Shown one piece after another: positions 14,289 through 26,459 of a DNA stretch of 64,000 nt. Positions within the stretch are counted from its first letter, which is position 1. Each line of letters begins with the position of its first letter. Where the stretch lies: positions 3,053 to 67,052 of the forward strand of contig MQRK01178987.1 in assembly GCA_001938485.1 (NCBI GenBank), given 5' to 3'. A model generated the notes under the pieces. The model saw only the letters and a list, made by a program, of their open reading frames with translations, was not told the origin of the DNA and did not search any database. The position numbers and the translations under genes are program-made. This stretch comes from Girardia tigrina. Lineage: Eukaryota.

Positions 14289-15310
14289 AAGGATGGTCGA
14301 CCTGCAGTTGCTAACATAAACTTTGAAGAAAACAAAATGAAGAATTCTCAATATATTACCTCACTGTTGTCTGCTTGATATCTAAATAGGACATTTATTT
14401 GGATTGTTGAATCAAATTTTAACTTGTTTTGTCGCCGTAAACAAGGCCGCTCAAAAATTGGCTCCCGGTTTTGCGTTGTAAGATACAAAGGAAGTAACTT
14501 GCATTGTATTGCAGCCATATCGTCTACTCAGTTGATTCATTTCCAGTGTCGACGGGGGTTCTTAAAGAAAAAAGATTATCAGCAGTGGTTTCTATAACTC
14601 ATCGAGTTTTGTATCGATTATGGTGTTAAATCCGCAACTTTTGTGATCTACAATGCCTTCGTTCATTTTGGTGTGGAAAAGATAATTGAAGAGTTATGAG
14701 TTACTTCGTCTGGCTCCATATTCTTACTTAATAAACCCCATTGAACTTGTGTGGAGCTCATTCAAAACCACCGTAAACGATAGTTTGAGGAATGAAATTC
14801 CGAAAATTTAAATTATGTCAGAAGAGACGGAGGTCTAACTATTGCGAATATAGAATGCAAGTTCTGAAGAAAATCGCTTTGGAAACAAAAAATGTTTTAA
14901 CTCCGCAAAAACTAATTCATTTTGTGAATCATGTTGAACGACACTATGCCGGTATTCTCAAAATGGATGATTTAAACTAGTAAAGATTTTAGAAAAATCT
15001 TAAGTAAGGTGATCTTAATGCAATGATATGGTATTAAAAGTTTTTATCATTTCAGAGTATTAAATTCAGTGTTCAATCGAAAGGTGCCTTCCTCCCATTT
15101 TGATTATAATATAATTATTGGAATGTTGGATTGTTTGATGCGTTTTATGACAATATATTTATGACAATTTATTAAAAGTACAAAACATAAGGTTCAACAA
15201 ATTCCATGTATATGTTAGTCAAGAAATTGATTTTCATGATTGTGAAATTGATTTCCATGATTGTGAAATTGATTTCCATTAATGTGAAATTGTTTTTCAT
15301 TTGTGTGTTT

Positions 15311-15500
15311 TATGTGGTCTGGCGTTGTCGTGATGGAACACAAAACCTCATCTATTGGCCAATTCTGGTCGTTTCTCATTAATTGCTATCTTCAAACGGT
15401 CCAGTTGTTGACAGTACAGATCTGAATTTAGTGTTTGGCCATACGGAAGCAACTCATAATAAATGATTCCTTTCCAATCCCACCAAATACACAGTAGAAC
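15311..15500 (-). mobile_element. Second mariner transposase fragment
   Basis: Near-identical to 12247-12435. Confidence 0.9.
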
Positions 15501-15594
15501 ACAGTATTTGTATCACAAATGTAAAATGTGTATCACATGTGATACAAATACTGATGATACAATTTAAAATATTTGATTTAAGATATAAATAGTT

Positions 15595-16130
15595 AATACG
15601 TAGCAGATAAAAATAGTAAAAATGCATGTTGTACGGACGCATAAATAAGAATAGGAATACGCGTAAAAACAAGAATATTATAAATTTAAATGTTCACCAA
15701 GCAATGAAAATCAAAACCTCAAAAATACAATAGCCAAATAATTTTTATACACTGCGGAGGACCTCTTCTTACGACAATAAAACAATTCTTCTTCTCAGCG
15801 AAATTACAATGAACAAATCCTCGGAATACAGTAACTGAAGCAGATAACTTCGGACAATTTGAAAACAATAATCAATTCTTCTCCTCAACGCATTAACAAT
15901 GAATAATTTCGGATAATTCTGAATTATGTGGCTTAATCTATCAGGAGATTTTTACTGTGCTGGCTCTTTTATACGAAACAGAAATGTGTAGCAGCCACAA
16001 AAATACGTAGCAGATAAAAATAGTAAAAATGCATGTTGTACGGACGCATAAATAAGAATAGGAATACGCGTAAAAACAAGAATAAAAATAAGAATAGGAA
16101 TACGCATAAAAACAAGAATGCGCTAAAACT
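15595..16130 (-). mobile_element. LTR-like repeat with ACGCGT-rich modules
   Basis: ~80-bp direct repeat 15595-15675 / 16002-16083; minus-strand TATA (TATAAAAG, about 15965-15972); shares TTTTGTGG.(T/G)GC.ACAC with 35973-35989. Confidence 0.5.
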
Positions 16131-17511
16131 TAACTTTTAGATATAAATATTTAATTTAAATACATTGTAAATAATATTTTTTTTAAATAAATATATATAA
16201 TAATATACATTGTAAATAATAACCTCATATTATTTACGAAATACACAAAAATAAAAAAATAAAACAAATAAAATAAAATTGCTAATTATTAATAATATTT
16301 ATTTATCTCAAAAAAAATTATCAGTGGTCTGCAAACGAAGTTTGGTGACCATTCTAATTCCCTACATTACAAACGTAGGTTATTTTGCTTATATATCGAT
16401 TTTCCTAAAGAAAAAGTACATTGTAATGTTGTAAATATATTTTATAAAAAGGAATTATGTTGTTTTACGTTGATTGATTAAAATTTTTATTATACATTCC
16501 ATTTATCTTATCCATCTTATCTATTTATTTATCTTATCCATCTTATTTCTAATATCAAATAAGCATCGAATTTTATTAAATACAAACTCAACTATTTATA
16601 AAGCGGTTAGAAGATCCATTTAAATTGAGTCTTCCTTTGTTGATCTGGAAAGCGAGGTTGAATACATAATTATTTTAATCAACCCCCTGAAGCTCAACAC
16701 ATCAGTTTGTTGGGTTTGACAAGTAAACACATTTTCTATGGCTAGTCGAGAGAGAAAACAGCCAATGACAGATCATTAGGGTTAGCGGTGTCAGTGACGT
16801 ATCAAGGCTGTGGTTTGATTATGAGATTTTGATAAATGGAAGTTATTGTTTACGCCGATTTGTTGCACATCGAAATTTGTCCAAATGTGAAATGTAAATC
16901 ATTGCATTGAATGATGAATATTTATCCGGATTTTGTTGATAAATTTTATTCTTACTTATTTAGACAAATTTTTTGGCTGTTTCAAAACATCGAAAGAGAT
17001 ATTGCTGAACCAGTATTCAAATTCAGAATTCAAAGATTGTTGTACTTACACTGTTAATGTCTTATACAATCAACTGCTGTTAGTTCCTCAATCAATAATT
17101 TTTTTAAAAAGGACAGCCACAAATAGTCAATCGGACACAGTTGTTGACTCACGTTGTTAAATAAACAGATCACTCATTCGATAATATTCAAAGGAACCTA
17201 AATACATTCTTCCCATTGAAAAAATAACTTTCACTTTCAAATCGTTCACAAAAACAATTCAAATTCAAACGAATATTCAATGATGACAGAACAAAAGTAT
17301 CGATCGACCTCCGTGTATCACTGGCAACATGCCGACTCCATAATCAAGACAATCGATAAGTAAACAAATGAATGGAGAATGAGCAACACCAAATTTATTA
17401 TTCCAATAAAACTCTGAAACTAAACTTGTACACACACACACACACGAACATCGATCGATCAATCAATGCCAGATCTCAATCTCCACGTCAGCACGCGCTC
17501 AACAGCACCGG

Positions 17512-20500
17512 TCACTGTTGTTTACACTCGGGCTTCTGCTGGTTGGAGACGGCGTTGCTATTTCCCTGCAACAGATCGATAATCAATAAATGCTGCTCCA
17601 TTGATCGACCGACCTACTCTCTGGTAATCCGCGCTGCCGTCCGAATCGTCGTCGTCGTCATCGTCATCATCGTCTCCTTCCTCGTCGAACTAAATCACAC
17701 GACACATCAATCAATCGATCACGTGCTCAATCGATCGCTCACCTCCTCCTCGATGCCCTCGCCCGTGTAGTAGAGCACCGCGCGCGGGATGATCCTCTCC
17801 CGGATGTACTGGCCCATCTCGAAGTCGGCCTCCAGGAGACTCTCGATCTCTGACGGCTGCACGAATCGATCAATCAATCAATCAATCGATAATCAATCAA
17901 TCAATCGATTACAATGTCCTCCTCTCCGTCCAGCGAATCTGTTGGCGGCTCGAAGAAATTGAAGAACGAATCGTTCTTGACGACCTTGGTCACGGTCCTC
18001 TTCTCCGATCGATTCTTGCACTTCTGGACCTTCTTGACCAGCTTGACCGTGATGTTCTTGCCCGGGCACCAGTGGATGTGGCAGCTGCGCGAGTGGCGAC
18101 ACAAGATAATCGATAACCATTGACAGTCGATTATAACTCACCCGACCGTGCGCACGATCTCCGGGCCCTCGTACTCGAACGGACAGTCGGCCGGCGCGTT
18201 CACGTGCACGAAGTACTCCTTGGTGAGCTTCTCGTCCGTGAAGTACTCGTTCTTGGAGAAGTGGAACTCGAGCACGAACCCGTGCGCCTCCCCGGTCTTG
18301 AGCGCGCACTTGATGTCGACCAGGTGGCGCAAGATCGGCACGTCGTGCTCCTGGATGTTGTAGCGGATGATCTCGCTGTTCTGCAGCACCGTCAGCCAGA
18401 AGTCGGGCACGCCGCTCGGCACTGCGATCACGATCATAGACGGCCATCGACCCAATCAATGCACTCACCTTCCGCGCCCCCGACGGGCACCAGAGCGACC
18501 TGGTCGTCGCCGGCCGGGTCGCTGGCGATCTTCTGCTGGCCCAGATCCTCGGCCAACTCGTCCACCGCCGACTCAGAATCGTACTCGCATTCCGCATCGC
18601 ACGGCTCTCGCTTGCCGGTCACGATCTCCGATCTCTGTAACGAGTCCATCGATCAATCAAAACGATTCATTTGATCGATAATCAAATAAATTCCAGCAAT
18701 CAATTAAAAGAGATTTTAATGTCATTTCATAACGGAATTGGAACTTATTGGCGCCGGATTTTTTCATAATAAATTGATATTAAAACGTCCTCCTCGGTGA
18801 CCAGACGAATTGTAAGTGTATTTGTAAAACATTTGTTCTGTGAGCGATAATTTGCTTGTAAGTCCGTTGTTCAGAACAATTAGAGATGCTCTTAATATCA
18901 GAATAAAGGATGGAGCGCATGGACATTGGACGGACGTATTGTCACAAATAGAATTTATTCAAGCCACGACATTCAATCTCACCAGCAGAAAATAATATAT
19001 GGAAGGAAATTAAGACATTGGTGGAAAAATAAAGAAGATAAAGGAAACCAAATTGGAAAAGAAAAAGCTCCAGAAACGAGAAGAATTTTCAAAATTGGAG
19101 GCCAGGTATTGATAAAGAGAGAGAATGCATCAAAAGAAGACGACCGATATATTGGCCCTGCAATGATAATAAGACGGAGACATTAAAGAAGTTACGAATT
19201 GCAACTGCACTGTTGTTTGTATGCTGTTTAGATTTGTGACTCTCCTACTCAGATTGGATTGATGTTTATTGATTGATTATTTGAATCTAATGAAATTAAT
19301 TTAATGATATTAATTTTAAGTGCAAATTAATTAAAGTTTGATAATTATGAATTTTAATAATATTTTCAGTAAATGATTTTAACTTATTAAATTTAATATA
19401 TTTTAAAAATTAATGTTTATTTAAAAATTATGTAATGACTTTTATCCAATAAAAATTATGAGAAATTAAAATTATTATTAATCTTTCCGATTCTTTGTTT
19501 TTTTTAGATTTGAATACTGTGAAGGACTCATGTGAAAAGTTCATCCTTTAAATTTTTGAATAAATAATTTTTATAAATAATATTTGAAATAAGTAAATAT
19601 TTAAAATCAAAAGTTTTTCTAATAATGTAAAAAATATCGTAATTAATTTTAAAAATTTATTTTCGAGAATAATCGAATTTTATTTGTAGTGTAAAAAAAC
19701 TTAAAATGAAATTAATTGGGAAATAATGGATTTTTAAATAATTGATTAAAAAAATATATACAGGGTGGCCCAATGGGTACGCAGCCTCTAATTTCTGCAT
19801 ATTCTAAATCTACTCGTCAAGACGAGTATTTTGATATGTGTGATTTTTATAATTTATAATATATTTTTTACACCTCATTAAACTTTACAACATGAAACTA
19901 ATTCTAAAATAATAAAATATCATTATGGTTAATTTAGTAAAAATATGACTACAAAATTGTGTTGGTTTTTAATTTAAAAATAAGGATGTAAATTGTCAAT
20001 TTTAATATAACTTATCAGTTATTTATATTTATAATTTCATATTTTTATATAAGAATCTGGTCATAAAGAAAACGATAGAAAGTTCCTCTACAAAATTACG
20101 TAATGTCTTTTATCCAATAGAATTATGAGAAATTAAAATGTAATATGAATGATAATTCGGTACATTTTTATAAGAAATTAATGAGAAGATTGTATAAATC
20201 ATGGAAGCACGTAGCCGCTCACAATGTACAACAGCTCATGGAATAATCTGCACTGATCTGCGCTCTTTTGTGAATTGCTTTACAAAGACTGACAAACTAC
20301 TTCAACTAGTAAATCAAAAAACATTTTGAGACTCTGCTTTGTCCTGAGAATTCGGTTCGTAGAAGGGAAAATTTCATACAAAAACTTACTAATCACAAAG
20401 TTAAAGTTCCTAATCACATCATACATTATTACAAAGCATGGAAGATAAAGATCCGAAATATTTCTACTCGACACAGTTCAGAAATCGTTTAGAACGCACA

Positions 20501-22004
20501 GTGCATTTCAAACAATAATGATAATGCTCGGAAATTGTAACCATTGCCGTTACTTTTAACTGTGTTTTCGATCTCGCAGTGTGATCAAATCTACTCAGAT
20601 ATTCAGTTATAATTTTATTTTCGATAAATTCCTGTTCAATTTTATCGATCGGTAGAATAATATCAACTAAAAATAATACGTTTTACTGCCATATTTGAAG
20701 CACAAAAATCACATCGTCTTGGAAGTCTTTTAAGAAACACTCGACAAATTATCAACACTAAGAAGAGTTTCGTCCAATTGCCCGAACATTTAATAATCAT
20801 TAAATAGCATAAAATCGATAATTGTAAATATCATATAAATAGCGATGCTCCATTAGATATTTTTAATTGAAATGATTCACAAATTATTAAGAGTTAATTA
20901 ATCCTGAAATCTCTACCATTAAACTAATGATAACCGATGACCAAATACTCGTCTGATTACACCGAATTTCGGGGGAAATAATAAATAGTAAATAACATAA
21001 AGAAGCGATAAATTGGCCCGCATATAAAATGTCACTCGCCCGTCCATTCTTTACTTATTCCTATTCCTAATGAGGGAACATATTTTATTGTTTCCTTGTT
21101 TGAAGATTATACATTTGAGAGTACTTCCGCGCGGGACACGCAGGCAGGCTTGCATGACAATATAGGTACTGCACAAGCGAAAATACCCAAATAGGTTACG
21201 TAATCAATTGTCTTATTTAAATTATTTTTTTATCATTTTGCACAAAAAAATAACTGAAAGTAATTCTAAAAATCAGAGGAAAATCCAAAAAAATATTTTA
21301 AATGTAAAAAAATATTAAAATTATTTAATAAATGAAATATATGACACAAATGTGACGACAGATGGGATAAAATGTCTAATGACTCATTTAATTATATTAA
21401 TTTATTATTTAATTAATAATTTTCCCCGGATTACTAATAATTTATATTTGCTTGGACCCATGCGGAACTGCACTCATTTTAACGAGTCAATTGCAAATGT
21501 ATAAATATAATCGATAATCACTCACCTTGTCGTACACGAGCTGGTAGATATCGGCGAATTTGGCCTCGAGCACGCTCAGTTCCTTGAAGAACGACTCCTC
21601 GATCTTGATCGTGTCCATCTGGAGCTTCTTGAGCGCGCGAACTCGCTTCTTGATCGTCTCCGGCAGTCTGAATATCGATCAATATCACATGGAATGAGAG
21701 CAAATCGATCACAGACTGCTCGTAATTCTTGATGGCCTTGAGGCGCAGTCCGACTTCGTCCTGGAGCGAGGCGAGGATCTCGGGATTGTTCATCACGTCC
21801 TCGGACACGCCTAACGACACAGCGACCAGAAAATCAATTAATCGCTATATCGAGAAATCAAAGAAAAATAAAACCACTGGAATCGTGTTTTTCTTTGTGT
21901 GAAGAATGTGAATGTCTGGTATAATCGAGGCGAAAGAAAAAGAAATCAATATTCAAAAAACGTGGAAATTTTTCAAAAATTCATTACTTTGATCCTTTGT
22001 TCAT
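17512..22004 (-). CDS. NAP1: Nucleosome assembly protein 1 (NAP1L1/NAP1L4-like), 10 exons, 383 aa
   Basis: Exons 22004-21988, 21915-21875, 21810-21717, 21667-21526, 18634-18469, 18421-18142, 18084-17913, 17856-17743, 17689-17618, 17565-17512. All introns are GT-AG with consistent phases (1152 nt total). Motifs LPETIKKRVRALKKLQ, GVPDFWLTVL, FSKNEYF, DSFFNFF, DFEMGQYIRERIIPRAVLYYTGE, an acidic tail and terminal ECKQQ. Exons 1-2 are less certain. Confidence 0.95.
18790..19205 (+). mobile_element. Gypsy integrase C-terminal fragment within NAP1 intron 4
   Basis: FRTIRD..., RRIFKIGGQVLIKRE...RYIGP; similar to 2426-2740. Confidence 0.6.
20150..21390 (-). mobile_element. Probable MULE transposon remnant within NAP1 intron 4
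   Basis: Degenerate coding-like sequence with a KAIH motif near 20270 and a TIR-like end near 21340-21390; weak. Confidence 0.35.
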
Positions 22005-22452
22005 TTTTTCTGATTGCTGATAGAAAATCCGAAGAGAATTAGAAAAATTAAAAATCAAAATCGTTTTTTCTTTATATTGGGAAAAAAGAAATAAAAATCA
22101 ATCACCATTTTAACTTACAGAAATTTCAATTCGGTTAAATCAAATGGAATATTCACTTTAATTATGCAAACAATCTATTAAAACAAATTTGCTTTTTCTT
22201 GTTTTTTTTTCTTTATTAAATAATATTTAATTTTTTAATTTCTTTTTGAGTGTGAAAAAAAATAAAAAAAATAATCGGAAATTAATTTTTGATGTTTTTT
22301 ATTTTGTGTTATGATCGAAAAAAAATTTTTAATTGGATTTTACTATTTTTGTAGATTGTATTTTGAATATAACAAATCGTTAAATAATAATTAAAGTTGA
22401 ATTTGATATTGTAAATTATATTTTGATTAACAAAAATTTTAATTTCATTTTC

Positions 22453-23784
22453 GTAAATTGCATTTAAAAAATTTTTTAATGGTTTTCAAATAATAAAAGA
22501 ACCATTTAATTATTGATAGAATTTCTGTTTTACATTTCATTTCAATTTTTCAAAATTGGATTTTTTTTACAAATTTAAAATGGTTTTCTAAAACACAGAA
22601 ATGGGTGGTTAATGATGGGACAACAAACATTTTAACCGTTTCCCTAATCATGTTGGTCCAGAATCCATTTCATTGGAATCATAATTACAAATGCAGTTTT
22701 TGTATTTATTCTGTACACTGTTTTGATGAGAGATTGCGTGATGTCGAATTTGAAAAGATAATCAACATTGTATCAATTGTCGAACAAAAGTTGTATTACA
22801 AATACAAAAAGAGTTTAAACATGCATTTTTACCACGTTTTTATTAGCTTGCTTTTTTGTCTGGAACAAATCTTGCGATTGATTTTTCGACCACTTTCAGT
22901 CATCCAATTGAGCTGAATTTTTTTATACAGGCTTGCTTCCGATGACAATACAATATTTTAAAACATTTACGGCTCTACATAAACCGCATATGCTATAATT
23001 TAACTTTATGAAAAAAATCAATAATATTAATTAATACGTGCAAAAAAATTATTTTGAAATAAAACTTGCTTTTATTAAAATAAAACTTTGTTATTTTGGT
23101 TTTATTATCAATTCTGTTATTCGAAATCAATCGAAAGATTTGAATGCACTAAAAAGAGGAAAATAATTTTTTTCTAGACATGTGCGAAATTTTATTACCT
23201 AACCATTTTAGTAACCATAGAAATTATCGATTGTTACTAAAAAGCAGTAAAGAGGAAATAGCAGTAATTCAGAAATCCGCCCCACGTTTTTGGTTAGGTA
23301 TAAAATTTCGCACATGTCTAGAAAAAAAATTATTTTCCTCTTTTTAGTGCATTGGTAATGCTGGAAAAACGTGGTTGTTTTTATAAAAAAATTTTTTTAT
23401 TAATAATATTATTTGTAAATTGCATTTTAAAAATTTTAAATGGTTTTCAAATAATAAAAAAACCATTTAATTATTGATAGAATTTTTGCTTTACAAAAAT
23501 TTCAATTTTTCAAACTTGGATTTTTTTTACAAATTTAAAATGGTTTTCTAAAACACAGAAATGGGTGGTTAATGATGGGACAACAAACATTTTAACCCTA
23601 ATCATATGGGTCCAGAATCCATTTCATTGGAATCATAATTACAAATGCAGTTTTTGTATTTATTCTGTACGCTGTTTTCATGAGAGATTGTTTGATGTCG
23701 AATTTGAAAAGATAATCAACATTGTATCAATTGTCGAACAATAGTTGTATAACAAATACAAAAAGAGTTTAAACATGCATTTTT
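22453..23784. repeat. ~375-bp direct repeats (22453-22830 and 23415-23784) flanking a HINE-like element
   Basis: Directly alignable at high identity. Confidence 0.9.
22826..23412 (+). mobile_element. Non-autonomous Helentron/HINE-like element, copy without the gene cassette
   Basis: T-run followed by subterminal inverted repeats ACCACGTTTTT (22831) / AAAAACGTGGT (23365); CATCCAATTGAGCTGAATTT core; fold-back 3' region; inverted paralog at 31753-33877. Family assignment is inferred. Confidence 0.6.
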
Positions 23785-24589
23785 AATTTTTCTTTCTTCT
23801 TAAACGGATTCATATATAAACATTTTAAACATTAAATACAACGAAATATATTTGGGGTCTGTCGAAATACAATAATGAAATACAACTTTTTGAAATACAA
23901 TTTTTATTATTTTAAATATAATTTTAATCTTTTGAAATATATGTTGTATTTTTTGAAAAACAATTTATGAACATGAAATACAATTATTATTTGTAATCCA
24001 ATTGTTATGCTTTGGAACACGTGTTTAAATAGTTTACAAAATTAAAGGAATAAAATTAGCTTTGTGAATTTCTAGTAACTTATCATTTTAACATATATTT
24101 GTTAAATTATCGTCGTACATCCGATGTCATATTTATCAGTTATAAAATCTTCTTAATTTTTTTTACAATATCTATCATCCTTGTTTTATCTGCAATTTTC
24201 ATAATTTCCTTGGCTCATTTGAATCTTTCCTCGTTTGTAACCTTACGTCTAAATTTTACTTCTAAGTTACATACTTGATAAAATTGTACATTTATACCAT
24301 TTCCTTTCTTTTCTCAATGTAACTCGATTCCGAAGGTCATCTACAATTCTCTACATCCTATTATGTCTAGTTACACGTCGTTTACTACAATGATTGCAAC
24401 GTCTCTTGTCTCCTCGTGGAGCAATTCTTGGTACTAGGTGGGGTTAATCACTGTCATTCGGCTAAATTAAGAGACCTGTTAAATTGGGCCAGCACATCTA
24501 TTAACATAATTACCGCTACTACAACTCAACAAAGGAGTTTGGTAGGACTCGAAGTCATTAATCTCCCGAGATGTGGGCCACTCGAGAAG

Positions 24590-25175
24590 GGCTCCAATGT
24601 CAGACTGAAGCTAATTAATTGGAACGTCAGAGGTCTTAGTGACGAAAAGATAGTAAACCTATAATAAAAATACAGAAACCTCATCAAAGGCAGAAGCTCT
24701 TTTGTCTGCTATAGAAAGAAGTTCCTTCGTCATATAATTAATTGTTGCCAAAGATGTCGTCTCATTAACTCTTCCACTTGCAAAAGCCTTATGTCGTGCT
24801 CCCCTTCAAAACAAAATTTTCGTTGGCTCTGAGCCCCCATCCGCTTTTAGAGTTAAACAGTAACTCTAACTTTTACTACCTCTCTGCATAGACGTTAACT
24901 ACACTTGGGGAGCAGACGCGCCACCTTTGCTTACATAAACAAGTTGTGTAAACATTAGAGCGCCTTCGGCTTCTTGACCAGTATCGAGGATGACCCTACT
25001 GGTAACTCAGTTTCTTGAGGGGATGACTTTAACTTTGCTCACACAATTCATCAAGTTCGATTTTATTTATTTACTCCGGACAAGGATACCTTCGAGAAAC
25101 AAGTGACGGTCAGCCCACGTGCCCTTGTGCACGCTATGGTCTGCCTGCACCGTCTCTCTAAGATTTACCCAGACG
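24590..25175 (+). mobile_element. Internally deleted APE-type LINE with structured 3' region (copy A)
   Basis: LKLINWNVRGL (APE endonuclease N-terminus), a FLRHIIN thumb-like piece, C-terminal CRAPLQ..SEPP, then the conserved non-coding motif. Confidence 0.65.
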
Positions 25176-26459
25176 AAGTTCGATTAGTATTCATAAGCAT
25201 CTTTCGATTATACATATATTATATTTTACCTCGATTATATTTTAGTGACATTGTTTCGGAATTCAATTTACTCTTATAGTAGTTACAGGTAATTTTAGCG
25301 ATAGCAAGGGCAAGCAATAAGAGAACGAGAGTTGATCTTTATGATTTTGTAGGTGTGTAATAACAATTTTATTTTAAATTTATAATGATGCCTCGATGTT
25401 TAAAAACTTCAGGGGACATTTGCGACTCACAGTTAAAAGTCAAACAACTCCATATGATGTAGGATTCATTGAAAATCTAATCACCTTTCACTACGGTTAT
25501 CAACTCGGCAAAAGAGATTACATTTTAAGTTGAAGAAAAATTTGTGTAATTACGAACGTCTTAGCATCTGCCACAATGTATTCTTTCGCGATATTCATAC
25601 CTTATTATTTTGCTGATACTTTTCAATTCAAGATTCTAAAGACGACATATATCACTGAGGACTCCGACAAATATATATTTTTCATAAGATCTCGGTTATT
25701 TAAAGGCTCAATCGTATAACCTTAATCATTGCATGAGATCCTCCATCTCGGTTTCCTCACCAACATTTTTATTTTACTTATCAATCAATTAATGTAGCCC
25801 TGAAGAGGACTGTTTCACACATTTCTCATCTCTGATTGTGGCTGATTTAAGAATCCGCAGTTCAATTTACTCCAAGCATTTATTTCATTTTAAGTTCATT
25901 TTAAATAAATAATTTTAAAATAATTTTTAAATAAATGGTTTATAAATCAACTTTCCAAATAATACCTTTTAATTATTTTAAATATTTTAAATGAATAATT
26001 TTTTAAATTACATTTCAAATTATTAAATTTAAATACATTTTTAAATTTCCTTTACTGAGTGAAAGTCAGTTCAAAGTTATTACCAGCCTTTTATATAGTT
26101 ACAAGAATTAATATTCCGAAAATAAAATTAAGGAAATAATTAAAATAATTACAAGAAATTAAATATAAAATGAAAAGTATTAAATTGGAAATATTTAATT
26201 GGAAAACTCTCTTTAAAACTCAATTAAATTATATTCAATTAAAAATGATTAAAATAATTGAAAATAATTACGCAAGACAGAAACGGGTTAAATTAATTAT
26301 AAAATTATTATTAAATTACATTATTAAATTAAATTATTATTAAATTATTAAATTAAATTATTATTAAATTATTAAATTAAGTGTAAAATATTACAGGGTA
26401 AAGTTAACAAGATAAATTGAATAATTAAAGAAAACCGAAATTTAACATTAAAATTATTA

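Larger units (their letters stand above)
11778..15307 (+). mobile_element. Tc1/IS630-family DNA transposon, degenerate, interrupted by a mariner and a solo LTR
   Basis: Inverted ends built from ~20-bp AAATCAATTTCAC subrepeats (11778-11845 and 15221-15307). Transposase from ATG 13507 (HTH: TRTAYDWIR) through degenerate catalytic motifs WIVESNF, VIYNAFVH and LAPYSYLINPIELVWS to about 14980. Confidence 0.8.

Noticed and set aside
17893-18674. Long overlapping ORFs (234 aa minus, 184 aa plus) in the track
   Set aside because: By-products of high GC3 in NAP1 exons read in other frames or antisense.
24985-24997. GAGGATGACCC resembles the MS2 coat-binding hairpin
   Set aside because: The loop is AUGA rather than ANYA and is not kept in copies D and E; likely coincidence.
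24826-25035. Minus strand resembles the RNase MRP P4 helix (AAAGUC..CCCC / GGGGCUCA)
   Set aside because: The AAAG element is absent from the other copies, and the motif is attached to LINE coding remnants.
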